Shown: piece after piece, positions 40,879-49,535 of the stretch
How positions within the stretch are numbered: the stretch's first letter is position 1
How the letters are laid out: each line of letters begins with the position of its first letter
Virus record (IMG/VR): IMGVR_UViG_3300021431_000090
Location: 1-64,000 of that record
DNA from: a virus
Taxonomy: Duplodnaviria > Caudoviricetes
Reading direction: 5' to 3' (one strand)
Length of the DNA: 64,000 bases
The notes under the pieces: model-generated
Seen by the model: only the letters and a program-made list of their open reading frames with translations
Told to the model about the DNA's origin: nothing
Databases searched by the model: none
Translations under genes and position numbers: made by a program

Positions 40879-42168
40879 GTGGCAGAAACTAGATCTTTTT
40901 CATTTGCTGGGTTCAACGCCGGAGCATACGCTGGGCTACAGACCGTGTACTGGACTGTTTCGTGGAATCTTGGATCTACAGAGTTTACAGTTACGGGGCA
41001 TGATTCTGGTTCACCAGCTGATCTAAGTGTCGGTAAGTGGCAAGTATATATCTTCTGGGATAACTTTAATACTGCTGTTACATCTGGCAGACAGGGTAGA
41101 GATTACGATTATTATGAGTTCGGCCCTGGTGAAGGACAAACATCATATGGGCATATGTTCTATTTATCGCGAGTCCCAACAGATACAACGACAATTGGTG
41201 TACGAATTTATCCAACCGCATCATATATAGCGACTGGCTATACACATACTCAAGACGGAACAGCGCTCGTAAGCGAAAGCTCTTTACGTGGATCATGGAA
41301 CCCGGCTTTTACTGTAACAGTATATGATGCGAAGAAGGTTCAAACGAATCTTTTCCGAGACGAGACTGGTGCAATTCAGACAAACTCATGGAGTCAACAT
41401 GTTGTCGAAATGCACACCAGTTGGCGTTCTGATGATTTGAGATACCCTAGTCAGCACCCGCATAATGGCTATACGTACAATTCACAAACTGGTTATACAA
41501 GCGTAAACAACATAACGAAGAATACTATCCTTTATAACATATACTTCCCTAATACATACACAGCAACATACGTTGCGAATTCTGATGTGGACACTGTGTA
41601 TAACATTCCTTCAAGTGGTACGGTCGAATTTGAGAGTATTATCCCGCCAGACGATGATGATGTTAAACCAACAAAGGTGTATGTTGTGACTCTTGATCCG
41701 AAAGGCGGTTATGTAACTGACACATTTCTCCGATCGGAAGTGCCTTTCAATTATTGGCAGGCAACGATCAACGGAGTGATAACGCAGGTACAAGGTGGCT
41801 CATCCTATGTTTGGACTCAGAACGTAACATTCACAGCGCAATGGGGGTCAGTACCAGCGGTCAACTTGCCTGTGCCAAAACGTGCCGGTTATAAGTTCGC
41901 TGGATGGGGCTGGGAAGATGGCCTATCCCCGGATACATCATACAAGTATCCAGCTGGCGATCTTGTGCCGCAAGGCAATATAACCCTGTACGCGCTATGG
42001 GAAGAAAGTGGAATTGTCCACATCTATAGTGATGGTCAATTCAAGGCATATGCTGTCTGGATATATCTTGGTGATGGGGGTGGCCCGAATCAAGATGGGT
42101 GGCATCATGCTACACCTATGATTTACTGCACTATAAACGGGACAACAGGATTTCATATGTGTGGATAG
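40879..42168 (+). CDS. Tail-associated protein with Listeria-Bacteroides (InlB B) repeats
   Basis: VTLDPKGG, PKRAGYKFAGW, NITLYALW. Confidence 0.65.
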   Translation: MAETRSFSFAGFNAGAYAGLQTVYWTVSWNLGSTEFTVTGHDSGSPADLSVGKWQVYIFWDNFNTAVTSGRQGRDYDYYEFGPGEGQTSYGHMFYLSRVPTDTTTIGVRIYPTASYIATGYTHTQDGTALVSESSLRGSWNPAFTVTVYDAKKVQTNLFRDETGAIQTNSWSQHVVEMHTSWRSDDLRYPSQHPHNGYTYNSQTGYTSVNNITKNTILYNIYFPNTYTATYVANSDVDTVYNIPSSGTVEFESIIPPDDDDVKPTKVYVVTLDPKGGYVTDTFLRSEVPFNYWQATINGVITQVQGGSSYVWTQNVTFTAQWGSVPAVNLPVPKRAGYKFAGWGWEDGLSPDTSYKYPAGDLVPQGNITLYALWEESGIVHIYSDGQFKAYAVWIYLGDGGGPNQDGWHHATPMIYCTINGTTGFHMCG

Positions 42169-42278
42169 TAGTTGATTTATATTAATGGCCAAGAAACTGC
42201 GGCAGCTCAGTTGTTCGAGACGCGGGGTAACTCCTGCGACTCGTCGTTTATAACTGCCAACATGTTATATCATTAAAC

Positions 42279-42305
42279 AACCCGCTCCGTAATAGAGCGG
42301 GTTTT
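42279..42305 (+). terminator. Intrinsic terminator
   Basis: AACCCGCTC-cgtaata-GAGCGGGTT TT. Confidence 0.7.
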
Positions 42306-42330
42306 ACTATATCGAAAATGGGGTGAGAAA

Positions 42331-43041
42331 TTGAATTACACACGCCAAATTAAACTTGATGTAAATGCGACGTCCGCTGTTACAGTCGTCAAGGCAAAAG
42401 AGGGTGATGACTCTCTTCGATATATAAATGTTGTTCTTATGAAGGATGGCGTACAGACTCCTCCAGACAATGGTTCAACAGCTATCTTTAGGCTTGAGAA
42501 GCCGGACGGCCACGCCGTAGTAAATAACGCAACAATCGAAAGCGACGGTACTGTTACCATCCAGCTTACAGCTCAGTGTACAGCTTGTGTTGGAAGGTGC
42601 AAAGCGGACGTTCTTATTATGGATGGTGGAGAAACAATTAGTTCTGCCGTATTTGTGCTTGAGGTTGTGAAGTCTCCAGACGTATCCAATCAGGTAAATT
42701 CTAGCGACGAGTTCACGGCGCTTACTGAAGCCATAGAACGGGCAGAGAGCGTTGTTGATATAGGAGAGACAAAGGCATTTGAGATCACACTTGGCACATC
42801 GTGGTCTGGGTCGTCTAGCCCGTATTCGCAGGTAATAACATTACCAGGCTACTCCCCTTCTGCGAACACCAGAGTTGATTTAACTTGTGACGCTGCAAAT
42901 ATCAACAAGATGATTGTGGACGGCGTAGACCGTATTTATGTAGTTAATAACAATGGGGTACTGACTGCATACGCTACAAATAACAAGCCGACTCAGAGCA
43001 TTACGGTGCAGGCAGTCGCATCAGAACAATACATTATGTAA
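42331..43041 (+). CDS. BppU-like baseplate upper protein
   Basis: AKEGDDSLRYINVVL, RLEKPDG and EFTALTEAI resemble the BppU N-terminal domain. Confidence 0.75.
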   Translation: MNYTRQIKLDVNATSAVTVVKAKEGDDSLRYINVVLMKDGVQTPPDNGSTAIFRLEKPDGHAVVNNATIESDGTVTIQLTAQCTACVGRCKADVLIMDGGETISSAVFVLEVVKSPDVSNQVNSSDEFTALTEAIERAESVVDIGETKAFEITLGTSWSGSSSPYSQVITLPGYSPSANTRVDLTCDAANINKMIVDGVDRIYVVNNNGVLTAYATNNKPTQSITVQAVASEQYIM

Positions 43042-43054
43042 GGGGGTACCAATA

Positions 43055-43222
43055 ATGGCAATAACTCATGTAACTAGTCCTGGTCAGACGAACCCTTATT
43101 TTGGAAAATCTTCGGACACGAAGCCTGTCGAGAACGTCCCAAACGCAAGTGTGTTCTATGAGATGGACACAGGCGACGTTTATATGTTTGACGACGAAAC
43201 AAAGACATGGCTGAAACAGTAA
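43055..43222 (+). CDS. 55-aa tail-region protein (not in track)
   Basis: MAITHVTSPGQTNPYFGKSSDTKPVENVPNASVFYEMDTGDVYMFDDETKTWLKQ. Confidence 0.65.
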   Translation: MAITHVTSPGQTNPYFGKSSDTKPVENVPNASVFYEMDTGDVYMFDDETKTWLKQ

Positions 43223-43258
43223 TAACGTTTAAGCTCAACAAGGAGGTGCAAAGGAATT

Positions 43259-43615
43259 ATGACTCCTGAGGATCTTGTTCTTCTTGCAATGTGTAAGAAA
43301 GCATCCGGCGGCGGCGGTGGAGGCGGGGATGATGCAGGTTCATATGGCACATCAGGAACTATCTCCCTTCCTGCGCAGTGGACTGCTGGGAGCAATGGAA
43401 CGTACACCGCAACGGCAACTGCAAATGGTTATAGCGTTACTGGGAAGACGGTTGTAAACCTTGTCACAGACGCTGCCGTCATTTCACAGATGCTTGCTGA
43501 CGGTGTAAGGCAAATTTATGTTAGTAATAGCGGCGCTGCCCTTACAGCAGTAGCAATAGGCGGCTATCCGTCGAATGCGATGGAGCTGCAAGCAATTTTT
43601 TCGGAGGTAAGCTAA
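43259..43615 (+). CDS. Tail-fibre accessory protein, paralogous to the C-terminus of 42331-43041
   Basis: RBS AGGAGG; alignable domain. Confidence 0.6.
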   Translation: MTPEDLVLLAMCKKASGGGGGGGDDAGSYGTSGTISLPAQWTAGSNGTYTATATANGYSVTGKTVVNLVTDAAVISQMLADGVRQIYVSNSGAALTAVAIGGYPSNAMELQAIFSEVS

Positions 43616-43616
43616 T

Positions 43617-45308
43617 ATGGCATTAATTGGTAATCCGATTATAGCTGGTAATGGTGGAGCTGGCAACGGGTATGGTACTTGCTCAACTGCAGCTGGTACC
43701 GCAGCAAAAGTGGTTCCTCTTGCCAACTATAATCTCCAGAATGGTGGAATGGTTTCTGTTAAGTTCACAAACGGAAGCACATCCACAAGCATGACCCTTA
43801 ACATTAACAGTAAGGGCGCAAAGCCGGTTCAGTACAAAGGATCTGCAACTCTCGCAAACGATCTGATAAAAGCTGGCGACATAGTAACATTTAACTATGA
43901 TGGTACAAACTATAATATCCTCTCTATCGATAGATGGGGTAAGGAAGTAAGCGACGTACAGAGTACGCTTGATACAGCAGTCGCTGATATTCGTGAAGAC
44001 TGCGAAGCAATGGTCTCCCCCGCTGTGAACACTTGGTTGGAAACTAATATTACTAACCCGGATAGTCCACCGCTGGATCGGTCATTAACGAATAATAATG
44101 CAGCTGCACCTGCCGACCTGGTTGGTGACTTAAAGGAATCAATTAATATCTTAAAGCAGTTCCACAAAGATGAACTTTCATGGGCGCAGATTCAGCAGAT
44201 CGTTCAGAGTGGAAACGCACAGGACTGGTTTAACATCGGCGATCAGCTTGAAATAAATTGGACTAAGAACGGTACGGTTCATAAACTTCCGTTTGATGTC
44301 GTTTCTTTTGACTCTGTTCTGAAATATGGTGAAAGTGCAGAGAAGCCGGGTCTTTGGCTTCAGAGTCATTATGCAGGAGATGGCGTTCAGTTCAGTGCAT
44401 CCAATGCTCTGTATGTTGCAACTGAAGCACTTCCTGCCGGGACGTATCATTTCACTATTGGCACAAACTGGGGTACTCACTGCGTAGCAGGGAAGTCCTA
44501 TCAGTTCACAACAACAAAACAAATTCCTGCTGGTGGGCAGATTATGGTAGGTAGAAATAATGAATACTACACTTGGGGTGCACCTGATCAGGCTGTTTCT
44601 GGATGGCGTGTGCACACTTTTGAAAGTAGCGCGGCTACAACTCCTCTTGATTCTAATATTGGACTCACTGAAGGCACTGACGGAACTGATCTCGGCACTA
44701 CTACCTCAAGTATAAAGTATAGCGCCAGTGGTATTAATAACCTTCAGAGAGCAGCATACGGCTATAACAGATGGAGTCAGAGTGCAAACCGGCAGTATTA
44801 CAACAGTGCAGCGGCAGCGGGCGCATGGTGGACACCTCAGAATCCGTTTGATAGAGCACCGCAGCAGCTTGCATCTCTTGCAGGATATATGTCTGGATTT
44901 GATGCAGACTTCCTCGCAGTTCTTGGCAAGATTAAAGTTACCACAGCACTGAACACGGTTTCTGATAGTGAGATTGGAACGACAGAAGACACATATGATA
45001 CGTTTTTCCTTCCGTCTCTGGAACAGGAGTATATCGTTTTTCAGTTGGCAGGTGTTGAAGGCGCTTACTGGCCGTATTGGAAAGAACGTCTTGAATTAGA
45101 TACTCCGCAGAAACAGGGTGGTGACGGTACGAATGCCAACCATATCCGTTATGCATATGACGCACGTACATCAGCCCAGGACTGCCGGTTGCGCTCTGCG
45201 CGTCGTGGCGATGCGCTTTATACGTGGAGTGTGGGCGCCAGTGGTTCCGCCAGCTTCAACACCGCCGCGACCGCGACTCGTGGGTGTCCGGCTTGCGTCA
45301 TCTGTTAA
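43617..45308 (+). CDS. Tail fibre / adhesin with C-terminal DUF6273 / C-type-lectin-like domain; DGR target protein
   Basis: Fibre N-terminus (YGTCSTAAGTAAKVV), DWFNIGDQ, NRWSQSANRQYYN, DTFFLPS, and VR-like end RLRSA...W.V...G......A....GCPACVIC. Confidence 0.8.
   Translation: MALIGNPIIAGNGGAGNGYGTCSTAAGTAAKVVPLANYNLQNGGMVSVKFTNGSTSTSMTLNINSKGAKPVQYKGSATLANDLIKAGDIVTFNYDGTNYNILSIDRWGKEVSDVQSTLDTAVADIREDCEAMVSPAVNTWLETNITNPDSPPLDRSLTNNNAAAPADLVGDLKESINILKQFHKDELSWAQIQQIVQSGNAQDWFNIGDQLEINWTKNGTVHKLPFDVVSFDSVLKYGESAEKPGLWLQSHYAGDGVQFSASNALYVATEALPAGTYHFTIGTNWGTHCVAGKSYQFTTTKQIPAGGQIMVGRNNEYYTWGAPDQAVSGWRVHTFESSAATTPLDSNIGLTEGTDGTDLGTTTSSIKYSASGINNLQRAAYGYNRWSQSANRQYYNSAAAAGAWWTPQNPFDRAPQQLASLAGYMSGFDADFLAVLGKIKVTTALNTVSDSEIGTTEDTYDTFFLPSLEQEYIVFQLAGVEGAYWPYWKERLELDTPQKQGGDGTNANHIRYAYDARTSAQDCRLRSARRGDALYTWSVGASGSASFNTAATATRGCPACVIC
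44125..44150 (+). other. Putative tyrosine-recombinase crossover site A, in frame inside the fibre gene
   Basis: GTGACTTAA|AGGAATCA|ATTAATATC; left arm shared with sites B and C. Confidence 0.4.
45174..45308 (+). other. DGR variable region (VR)
   Basis: None of the last 44 sense codons ends in A; presumed variable positions are NNC/NNT, as expected from mutagenised AAY codons. Confidence 0.75.
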
Positions 45309-45319
45309 TCAATCATCTT

Positions 45320-45336
45320 GCGCCGCCACGCGGCGC
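45320..45336. promoter_or_regulatory. DGR target-recognition hairpin/cruciform
   Basis: GCGCCGC-cac-GCGGCGC, 11 nt after the target stop. Confidence 0.75.
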
Positions 45337-45350
45337 TAAGAGGAGGAAGA

Positions 45351-45764
45351 ATGTCAGTACCCGCAAATGAAAGAAGTCACGGGAAATTAGAAGCAAGCGT
45401 AAAAGCGCACGCATTATGCTGTTATACGTTACAGATTACAGCAAACGAGAAAGTGTTTGACCATCAATTTCAAGCATCCTTAACCAACAGAATAGTGGAT
45501 ACTGCGATAAGTATCCACACACTCTGTTGGAGTGCAAATAACGTTCTTGTTAATAGCAAGGAAGATTTGCGGGAAAGAACATCTTACCAAGAACAGGCAG
45601 CGGTTCAGTGCAATGTTTTATTAAGTTTAATCGAGATAGCGAAAAAGATTTTTCATCTATCCACGAAACGAGTGACATATTGGAGCGGACTTGCAATTGA
45701 TGCAAGAAATCTAATCCGAGGATGGAGAACAGCAGACTTAAACCGCTACGCATACTTTAAATAA
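45351..45764 (+). CDS. avd: DGR accessory variability determinant (four-helix bundle)
   Basis: RBS AGGAGG; 137 aa helical protein, MSVPANERS...LEA, ANNV, R...QEQA, YW.GL....RNLIRGW; directly after the VR and hairpin. Confidence 0.75.
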   Translation: MSVPANERSHGKLEASVKAHALCCYTLQITANEKVFDHQFQASLTNRIVDTAISIHTLCWSANNVLVNSKEDLRERTSYQEQAAVQCNVLLSLIEIAKKIFHLSTKRVTYWSGLAIDARNLIRGWRTADLNRYAYFK

Positions 45765-45785
45765 GTTTTATATGGGGTGATAATA

Positions 45786-45971
45786 ATGGTAGCAATCAAC
45801 AGAAAACTGACCCCTGCTGAACGTGCCAACCTTGACAACGCTCGTGCAGGTGCAGAGCAAAATGCCGTCAGCATTGATGACATCATGAATGCGATGGTAG
45901 AACTTGGAGAACTGTTCGCCGAGCAGGATGATGCTCTGGTAGAACTGGCTGAACTTATTGAGGAGGCTTAA
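45786..45971 (+). CDS. Small acidic tail-fibre chaperone-like protein
   Basis: DDALVELAELI motif. Confidence 0.6.
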   Translation: MVAINRKLTPAERANLDNARAGAEQNAVSIDDIMNAMVELGELFAEQDDALVELAELIEEA

Positions 45972-45973
45972 TA

Positions 45974-46087
45974 ATGGCTAAGATTTATTACAATCGTATC
46001 AAAGCAGGTATCATGACCATCGAGGAAGTTCCTACCAGATGGAGAGCAGCTGTTCAGAAGTTGCTCGATGAGGACGAAGAAGAGTGA
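45974..46087 (+). CDS. CD1375/XkdX-like small protein (37 aa, not in track)
   Basis: RBS GGAGG; MAKIYYNRIKAGIMTIEEVPTRWRAAVQKLL. Confidence 0.75.
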   Translation: MAKIYYNRIKAGIMTIEEVPTRWRAAVQKLLDEDEEE

Positions 46088-46263
46088 AAACCACTACGAG
46101 CGTAACTCTTGAAGGAAAAGAAGTCAGAGCAATCATTGCAAAAGCATTGAACGTTCCAATTCCGAATGTGAAACCACTTCGGTACAATTTCGCAATTGAA
46201 GGAATTGCGCCGGAAGTTGTGGAACAGAAGATCAAAGATTTTCTTGGGCAGTTAGTTACTTAA
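46084..46263 (+). CDS. 59-aa hypothetical protein whose stop lies in recombination site B
   Basis: GTGA overlap; MKTTTSVTLEGKEVRAIIAKALNVP... Confidence 0.55.
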   Translation: MKTTTSVTLEGKEVRAIIAKALNVPIPNVKPLRYNFAIEGIAPEVVEQKIKDFLGQLVT

Positions 46264-46521
46264 ATGGAGCTATTCATCACTACTGTTGCACACTGATACA
46301 CACTGATACACATGGATAAAGCAGACTTGAAATCTATGATGGTAGTGGTCGAGCGACTGCCTCTCCCGCCCTGCGTTGACAGACAAGCGAGAGATCGTTT
46401 AACGGTTAAAGACCATAGATAAAACAGACGGGTTCCGCTAAGCTCGTGAGTGATTGTGGCGAAGATTAAAGCGATGGTAGTTAAGGGGCATCCGCCCGTC
46501 TGAATTATTATGAGGTGACGT

Positions 46522-46617
46522 ATGAGATTTGATTGGGATAGTTTTTGCCTTGGCATTTGTGCAGGGGTAGTATTTGCGGCGATTGCGACGATTGCTGTGA
46601 TATGCGTATGCGCCTAA
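46522..46617 (+). CDS. 31-aa single-TM hydrophobic peptide (type I toxin-like; not in track)
   Basis: RBS GAGGTG; MRFDWDSFCLGICAGVVFAAIATIAVICVCA. Confidence 0.55.
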   Translation: MRFDWDSFCLGICAGVVFAAIATIAVICVCA

Positions 46618-46620
46618 TTA

Positions 46621-46652
46621 AAAAACAAGGGGCATCAATACCCCTTGCTCTT
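46621..46652. terminator. Terminator between the convergent peptide and RHH genes
   Basis: A-run, then CAAGGGG-catcaata-CCCCTTG. Confidence 0.55.
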
Positions 46653-46817
46653 GAGCCACTCGTCCAACGCTTTCTGGATGCACCATGACCGAGGACGCTC
46701 TTCCTCTTCCATGAACTTATTCAGACGTTCGACAATAGACGGTGGCAGAGAGATTTGATATCGCTCATATCCTTGCTCTTCAATGCCACGGAGTGAGCGA
46801 CCACCATTGATGCCCAT
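46635..46817 (-). CDS. Ribbon-helix-helix (CopG-like) regulator
   Basis: RYQISLPPSIVERLNKFMEEEERPRSWCIQKALDEWL; RBS GGAGG. Confidence 0.8.
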   Translation of the reverse strand: MGINGGRSLRGIEEQGYERYQISLPPSIVERLNKFMEEEERPRSWCIQKALDEWLKSKGY

Positions 46818-47129
46818 TGGCAACCACCTCCCACTATCAATATTATACAGTGTGTGTCAATGTGTACTGATACACAACGTGTGTATCGATAAGCAACTTT
46901 AGTATGGAGCTTTAAGTAAAAGACATTTCCTTCACAGGTAAAAAATAAATGAATAAATCAGCCGTATTATGCGCATATTTTCACAAGCATGCATGTACGG
47001 CTGGTTTTATAATTAGGTTGAGTTTACAATTTGTTTACAGGATTTATGGCGAAATTCTTGATTTCATACCATCCGACTTTGCTATAATTCAATTAAAAAG
47101 ATTAATTATTATAGCAAAGGAGAAATAAA

Positions 47130-48116
47130 TTGTCAATAGTTTCCAAGCAAATTTTTTTGTCTGAAATTGAAGAAAGCCTTTCGGATTATCTAACGGTCAC
47201 ACAGCTCAAAGGAGTCATTGATAATCTAACGGCTACGCTCGGTAAGTATGATATGGAACGCAGCGCTGACGATTCCTGTGAACAAGAGTTTGATGATATG
47301 ATACAGGTATTCTTAGAGGCGAAGCGTGTATCAGGCTTATCTGAAGGAACATTAGAGAGATACGTATACATACTTAAAAAGTTTAGAGAAGCTTGTTCGA
47401 CTCCAATTCGTAGAATTACCGTGTTTGATCTTCGTTGCTTTTTGATGAAAGAGAAGACTCGCGGTATTTCTACAAGCACAATCGAAGGATATAGAGATGT
47501 GTTCTCAGCGTTCTTTGGATGGGTTGCCCGTGAAGGCCTCTTACCGTATAACCCATGCGGGAATCTTGCGGTAGTAAAAAGCAAGAAAGAGGTAAGGCTC
47601 CCTTATAGTGACGTTGATATCGAAAAATTAAAAGAAGCTTGTCAGTCTATAAGAGATAAGGCGATGATATGCTTCCTGTTGTCTACTGGATGCAGAATCA
47701 GTGAGGTGTGTGCGTTGAACAGAGACGATGTGGATCTACTCAACAAAGAATGCATCGTGCTCGGAAAAGGTAACAAAGAACGTAGAGTTTATATGGATGA
47801 TATCTCCGTGATGATGCTCAAAAGGTATCTCGATGAGCGTACGGATGATTCAGAAGCGTTGTTTGTCGGGAAAGGAACTGAAAGAATACAACCGGGTGGT
47901 GTAAGAGCGATGCTGAAAAATATCGGTGAAAAGGCTGGGGTCGAGAATGTTCACCCGCATCGATTCAGAAGAACTCTTGCTACAAATCTTATCAACCGAG
48001 GAATGCCAATTCAGGAAGTTGCCCGTGTTCTTGGACACGAAAAAGTCGACACAACTATGAAATACATTTATATTAACGATGATAGTGTTCGCACTTCTTA
48101 TCGTAAATGTTCTTAA
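47130..48116 (+). CDS. XerC/D-like tyrosine recombinase (no. 2)
   Basis: TGCRISE, GKGNKER, HPHRFRRT, LGH...TTMKY. Confidence 0.92.
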   Translation: MSIVSKQIFLSEIEESLSDYLTVTQLKGVIDNLTATLGKYDMERSADDSCEQEFDDMIQVFLEAKRVSGLSEGTLERYVYILKKFREACSTPIRRITVFDLRCFLMKEKTRGISTSTIEGYRDVFSAFFGWVAREGLLPYNPCGNLAVVKSKKEVRLPYSDVDIEKLKEACQSIRDKAMICFLLSTGCRISEVCALNRDDVDLLNKECIVLGKGNKERRVYMDDISVMMLKRYLDERTDDSEALFVGKGTERIQPGGVRAMLKNIGEKAGVENVHPHRFRRTLATNLINRGMPIQEVARVLGHEKVDTTMKYIYINDDSVRTSYRKCS

Positions 48117-48145
48117 GGCCGCTGCATAATTGCACGGCCTTTTTT
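48115..48145 (+). terminator. Intrinsic terminator
   Basis: AAGGCCG..TGCA-taat-TGCA.CGGCCTT TTTT. Confidence 0.7.
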
Positions 48146-48176
48146 GAATGAAATGAATTTAAAGGAGGTGTTTCTA

Positions 48177-49235
48177 ATGACGAAAGTCGAAAGATACACT
48201 CAAGATGCTATTAATGTCGCAAATGATGATTCGCACGGCTATAGCATGGAAAACAGAAATGGTGATCCAGACTATGATTGCTCTAGCCTTGTGTGTGCTG
48301 CTGTAGACAGAGCTGGAATCCCAGTAAAAGCAGCTGGTGCAAGCTGGACTGGCAATATGCTTGACGCGTTCCTTAAGTCTGGGTTTCAGAATATTATAGG
48401 GAAAGTAAACATCGACAACGGGGCTGGTATGAAGCGCGGAGATGTCCTCCTTAACGAGGATGCACACGCTGCTCTGTATATCGGCAACGGCGAAATGGTT
48501 AACGCTGGCGGTAACGACGGGCATCCTGAACCGGGCGACCAGACTGGCAGAGAGATAAGAGTGATGAAGTACTGGAATGGCGGGTGGAATGCTGTACTCC
48601 GCTATATGGGCACAGAAGAATATACCGGTGGAGACGACGCCGAGCAGCCTGAAGCACAGCTTTCTGATGACATTATATATCCGCGACCGGACGCACCGTG
48701 GGCAGCAGAGACAAATAACTTTGACTACCCTGAAATCCTGAAGTATGGCGACGCCGGAACTGTTGTGCAGGAAATGCAGGCTAAGCTTAATGCTCTCGGA
48801 TATCCGTGCGGGAAGACAGATGGTATCTTTGGAGATAAGACGCTCGAAGCCGTAACCAACTTCCAGACTCAGAAGCGACTTCTCGTCGATGGAGAAGCCG
48901 GGCCGGAGACTCTCGGTAAACTGCATGAATGCTACAAGGCACTCACTGGCAAAGACGAGGCGTACTATGCTCAGTGGGAGAAGACGCCAGAAGAAAAAGC
49001 TAAAGCAGATAAACCGCATATCGGTGGATTGTATTTAGGTGATACTGTTGAGTTTATTGGCGGCAATGCATATCTGCTTCCCAATGGATCTGTTAGCAAG
49101 ACATATGAAGCAGGAGCTGCAAAGATCACCAGTATAAATGAAAAAGCAAAACATCCGATTCATCTCGTATTTGTGCGTGGAGCAGCTACGAAAGTTTATG
49201 GATGGGTTGATGTTGAAAACGTAAAGAAAGCGTAA
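48177..49235 (+). CDS. Endolysin: NlpC/P60-like Cys peptidase with a peptidoglycan-binding domain
   Basis: DYDCSS...H; DGIFGDKTLEAVTNFQ...VDGEAGPET; C-terminal VYGWVD. Confidence 0.85.
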   Translation: MTKVERYTQDAINVANDDSHGYSMENRNGDPDYDCSSLVCAAVDRAGIPVKAAGASWTGNMLDAFLKSGFQNIIGKVNIDNGAGMKRGDVLLNEDAHAALYIGNGEMVNAGGNDGHPEPGDQTGREIRVMKYWNGGWNAVLRYMGTEEYTGGDDAEQPEAQLSDDIIYPRPDAPWAAETNNFDYPEILKYGDAGTVVQEMQAKLNALGYPCGKTDGIFGDKTLEAVTNFQTQKRLLVDGEAGPETLGKLHECYKALTGKDEAYYAQWEKTPEEKAKADKPHIGGLYLGDTVEFIGGNAYLLPNGSVSKTYEAGAAKITSINEKAKHPIHLVFVRGAATKVYGWVDVENVKKA

Positions 49236-49241
49236 TTATAA

Positions 49242-49535
49242 ATGAAAGAAGAACTAAGCTTTTCGAAGAAGTATTTCGCATATCTGATTGCGCTTGAGTT
49301 CTTTGTAATAGTATTGACAGGGGTAATGGTCGCGATCACATTCGACCCCTCCCCTCTTCAATGGGTAATCGTCGCTTTGTCGGCTGAGATCTCTGTATAC
49401 TCATCATTTTATCTAACCAAAAGTCGTTACGAGAATAGGCATAAATACGCGCAAATCTACGTTAAAGAGATAGCTGAAAAATACGGAATCGATATGGCCG
49501 CTAGAATAGCGGAGGTCGTATTAAGGGATTCGTAA
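49242..49535 (+). CDS. Two-TM membrane protein, holin-like
   Basis: Two hydrophobic segments; follows the endolysin. Confidence 0.55.
   Translation: MKEELSFSKKYFAYLIALEFFVIVLTGVMVAITFDPSPLQWVIVALSAEISVYSSFYLTKSRYENRHKYAQIYVKEIAEKYGIDMAARIAEVVLRDS

Larger units (their letters stand above)
46255..46920. mobile_element. Putative 640-bp site-specifically integrated cassette between sites B (46255-46280) and C (46895-46920)
   Basis: Direct 8-bp core ATGGAGCT at 46264 and 46904; outer arms TTACTTAA and TTAAGTAA are perfect inverted repeats; adjacent tyrosine recombinase. Confidence 0.55.

Noticed and set aside
42201-42260. tRNA-like GCTCAGTTG segment
   Set aside because: No T-loop or cloverleaf
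45734-45765. GACTTAA near the avd 3' end as a fourth recombination site
   Set aside because: No matching right arm at 8-bp spacing
46320-46505. Possible DGR template repeat
   Set aside because: No similarity to the VR and no AAC/AAT-rich tract
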